Below, piece by piece: positions 62,746 to 64,000 of a stretch of DNA of 64,000 nt. The notes below the pieces were generated by a model. It ran no database searches, was not told the origin of the DNA, and was given only the letters and a program-made list of their open reading frames with translations. The number at the start of each line of letters is the position of its first letter. Position 1 is the first letter of the stretch. Made by a program: the position numbers and the translations under genes. The DNA is from Phoronis australis (taxonomy: Eukaryota > Animalia > Phoronida): positions 713,931 to 777,930 of the forward strand of contig NMRA01000011.1 in NCBI GenBank assembly GCA_002633005.1, read 5' to 3'.

Positions 62746-64000
62746 TACAACGTGTATCAGACCGTCTGCAATTAATGTTTTTTAAAGAACAATTTTAGAA
62801 CAATTGTATCATAAATCTTAGTAATTTTTTTAAAATTATTTTAACGCCAAAACTGACTGAAAGTTATATGAAAGTACATACCATGATACTATGTTGGAGT
62901 TCTTGTAAGACATCACTAGTGGGACCTTTAACAAAACATTTTATGGAACCCAATTTTTGCCTGCTTGGAATACACGTCCTCACGCCACGAAGGCAAAAGT
63001 CATTCTGAGTGAGAATAATTTTGGAACGCGCACCCCAATACGACGCTGTGAGTTGTTCACGTGCCAACTCTCATACCAATGGGCCAATAAAAACGGTTGA
63101 AGCGAAGAACTTGGTTTGCTGGCCTTGGGCTATTGGACAACGTTGAAAATTCGGCATCTGCAGACGATTTCCCGCGATTCTCGCATCGGAAATCTCCGAG
63201 CGTTTCCAAACCGAGTGTGTGTTGTGCTTCATCCAAGAAAAGTGTGTGATCTCAAGATGAGGAACAAGATACGCCAGTTTATGCAAAACAAATCTGAGTT
63301 AAGGGCTAAAATGAGCCGTCAATGGAATAAAGTTACATACAATCATTAAAATACTAACTTTAACATTCTCAATTAGTTGAGTTTTGGATTAGAATTATTG
63401 AATTTGAAATATAGGTTGCTTGCTCAAACTCGAAGTTTCACCTACGACAGGCGTACAAGTTGAAGCACAACTGAAATCCGCCATGTTTACTATTTCATGT
63501 CCTTGAATTCAGAGTTTTGAGATTGTTTTGGAAATTCCATCGCCAATTCACCACTCACGGAGACATTTAATAGGATCTAGGAAAGATAAGGCTTCGAAGG
63601 TTTATGCAACACCAGATTGAGGGAGGTGCACGCAGATTTTATTTGGATTTTGGACGGTTGAATTTGGGAGCCTCGGCTAAATAGATTTCGAGTGTCCAAC
63701 CTTTATGTTTTCTTATTATATATTATTGAGTGACGTGTCATTTGCGATAAACCCAAGCGTCTGTGATTATAGTCCGATTACCTCTCGTCGTCAGTCTCCA
63801 AAGGTCGTCCGCCATCTTGTTTCGCGTGCAGCGCTGCCACGCGGGACTTAGCGTTCCAATTTGGAACGCTCGTCTGCACGTTAGGTACTAACCTCTCGGG
63901 AGAAACACGCGTGGAAGAACTGAGACTAAAATTAATGCATTTACCGACTGTTTTTTTGAGACCACTTAAAAACTTGTTGATTTTACTAATGCACTTTTTT

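Larger units (their letters stand above)
56234..63765. mobile_element. Candidate 7.5-kb element bounded by ~88-bp inverted repeats
   Basis: 56234-56321 (CACAGGCGCTTGGGTTTATCGCAAAT...GGTTGGACACTCGAAATCTATTT) is the reverse complement of 63679-63765. Flanks ATG/ATT give no perfect TSD. Confidence 0.5.

Overview
AT-rich animal genomic DNA, most likely a marine invertebrate (inferred from GT-AG introns and the transposon repertoire). It has two ~720-N scaffold gaps and two single-N joins. I can support no ordinary host housekeeping gene: the window is a nested transposon graveyard. It holds a ~10 kb near-tandem duplication (1-10019 vs ~10147-16688) joined at a single N. Each copy carries a decayed Gypsy/Mag gag-pol fragment and an intron-containing DDE/CxxH transposase-like pseudogene ending in two Spin/Ssty (spindlin-type Tudor) repeats. 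Also present: ISL2EU, P-element and Kolobok remnants, several with TIRs and TSDs readable by eye; a Helentron-like satellite array; a self-nested 9/10-bp-TSD element; a kinase pseudogene; a tRNA-derived SINE; and an open three-exon PIF1 helicase-PHD finger gene between ~88-bp inverted repeats. The best candidates for something undescribed are the transposase-spindlin fusion and the PIF1-PHD element. All family assignments come from motif recognition by eye; no database search was run.
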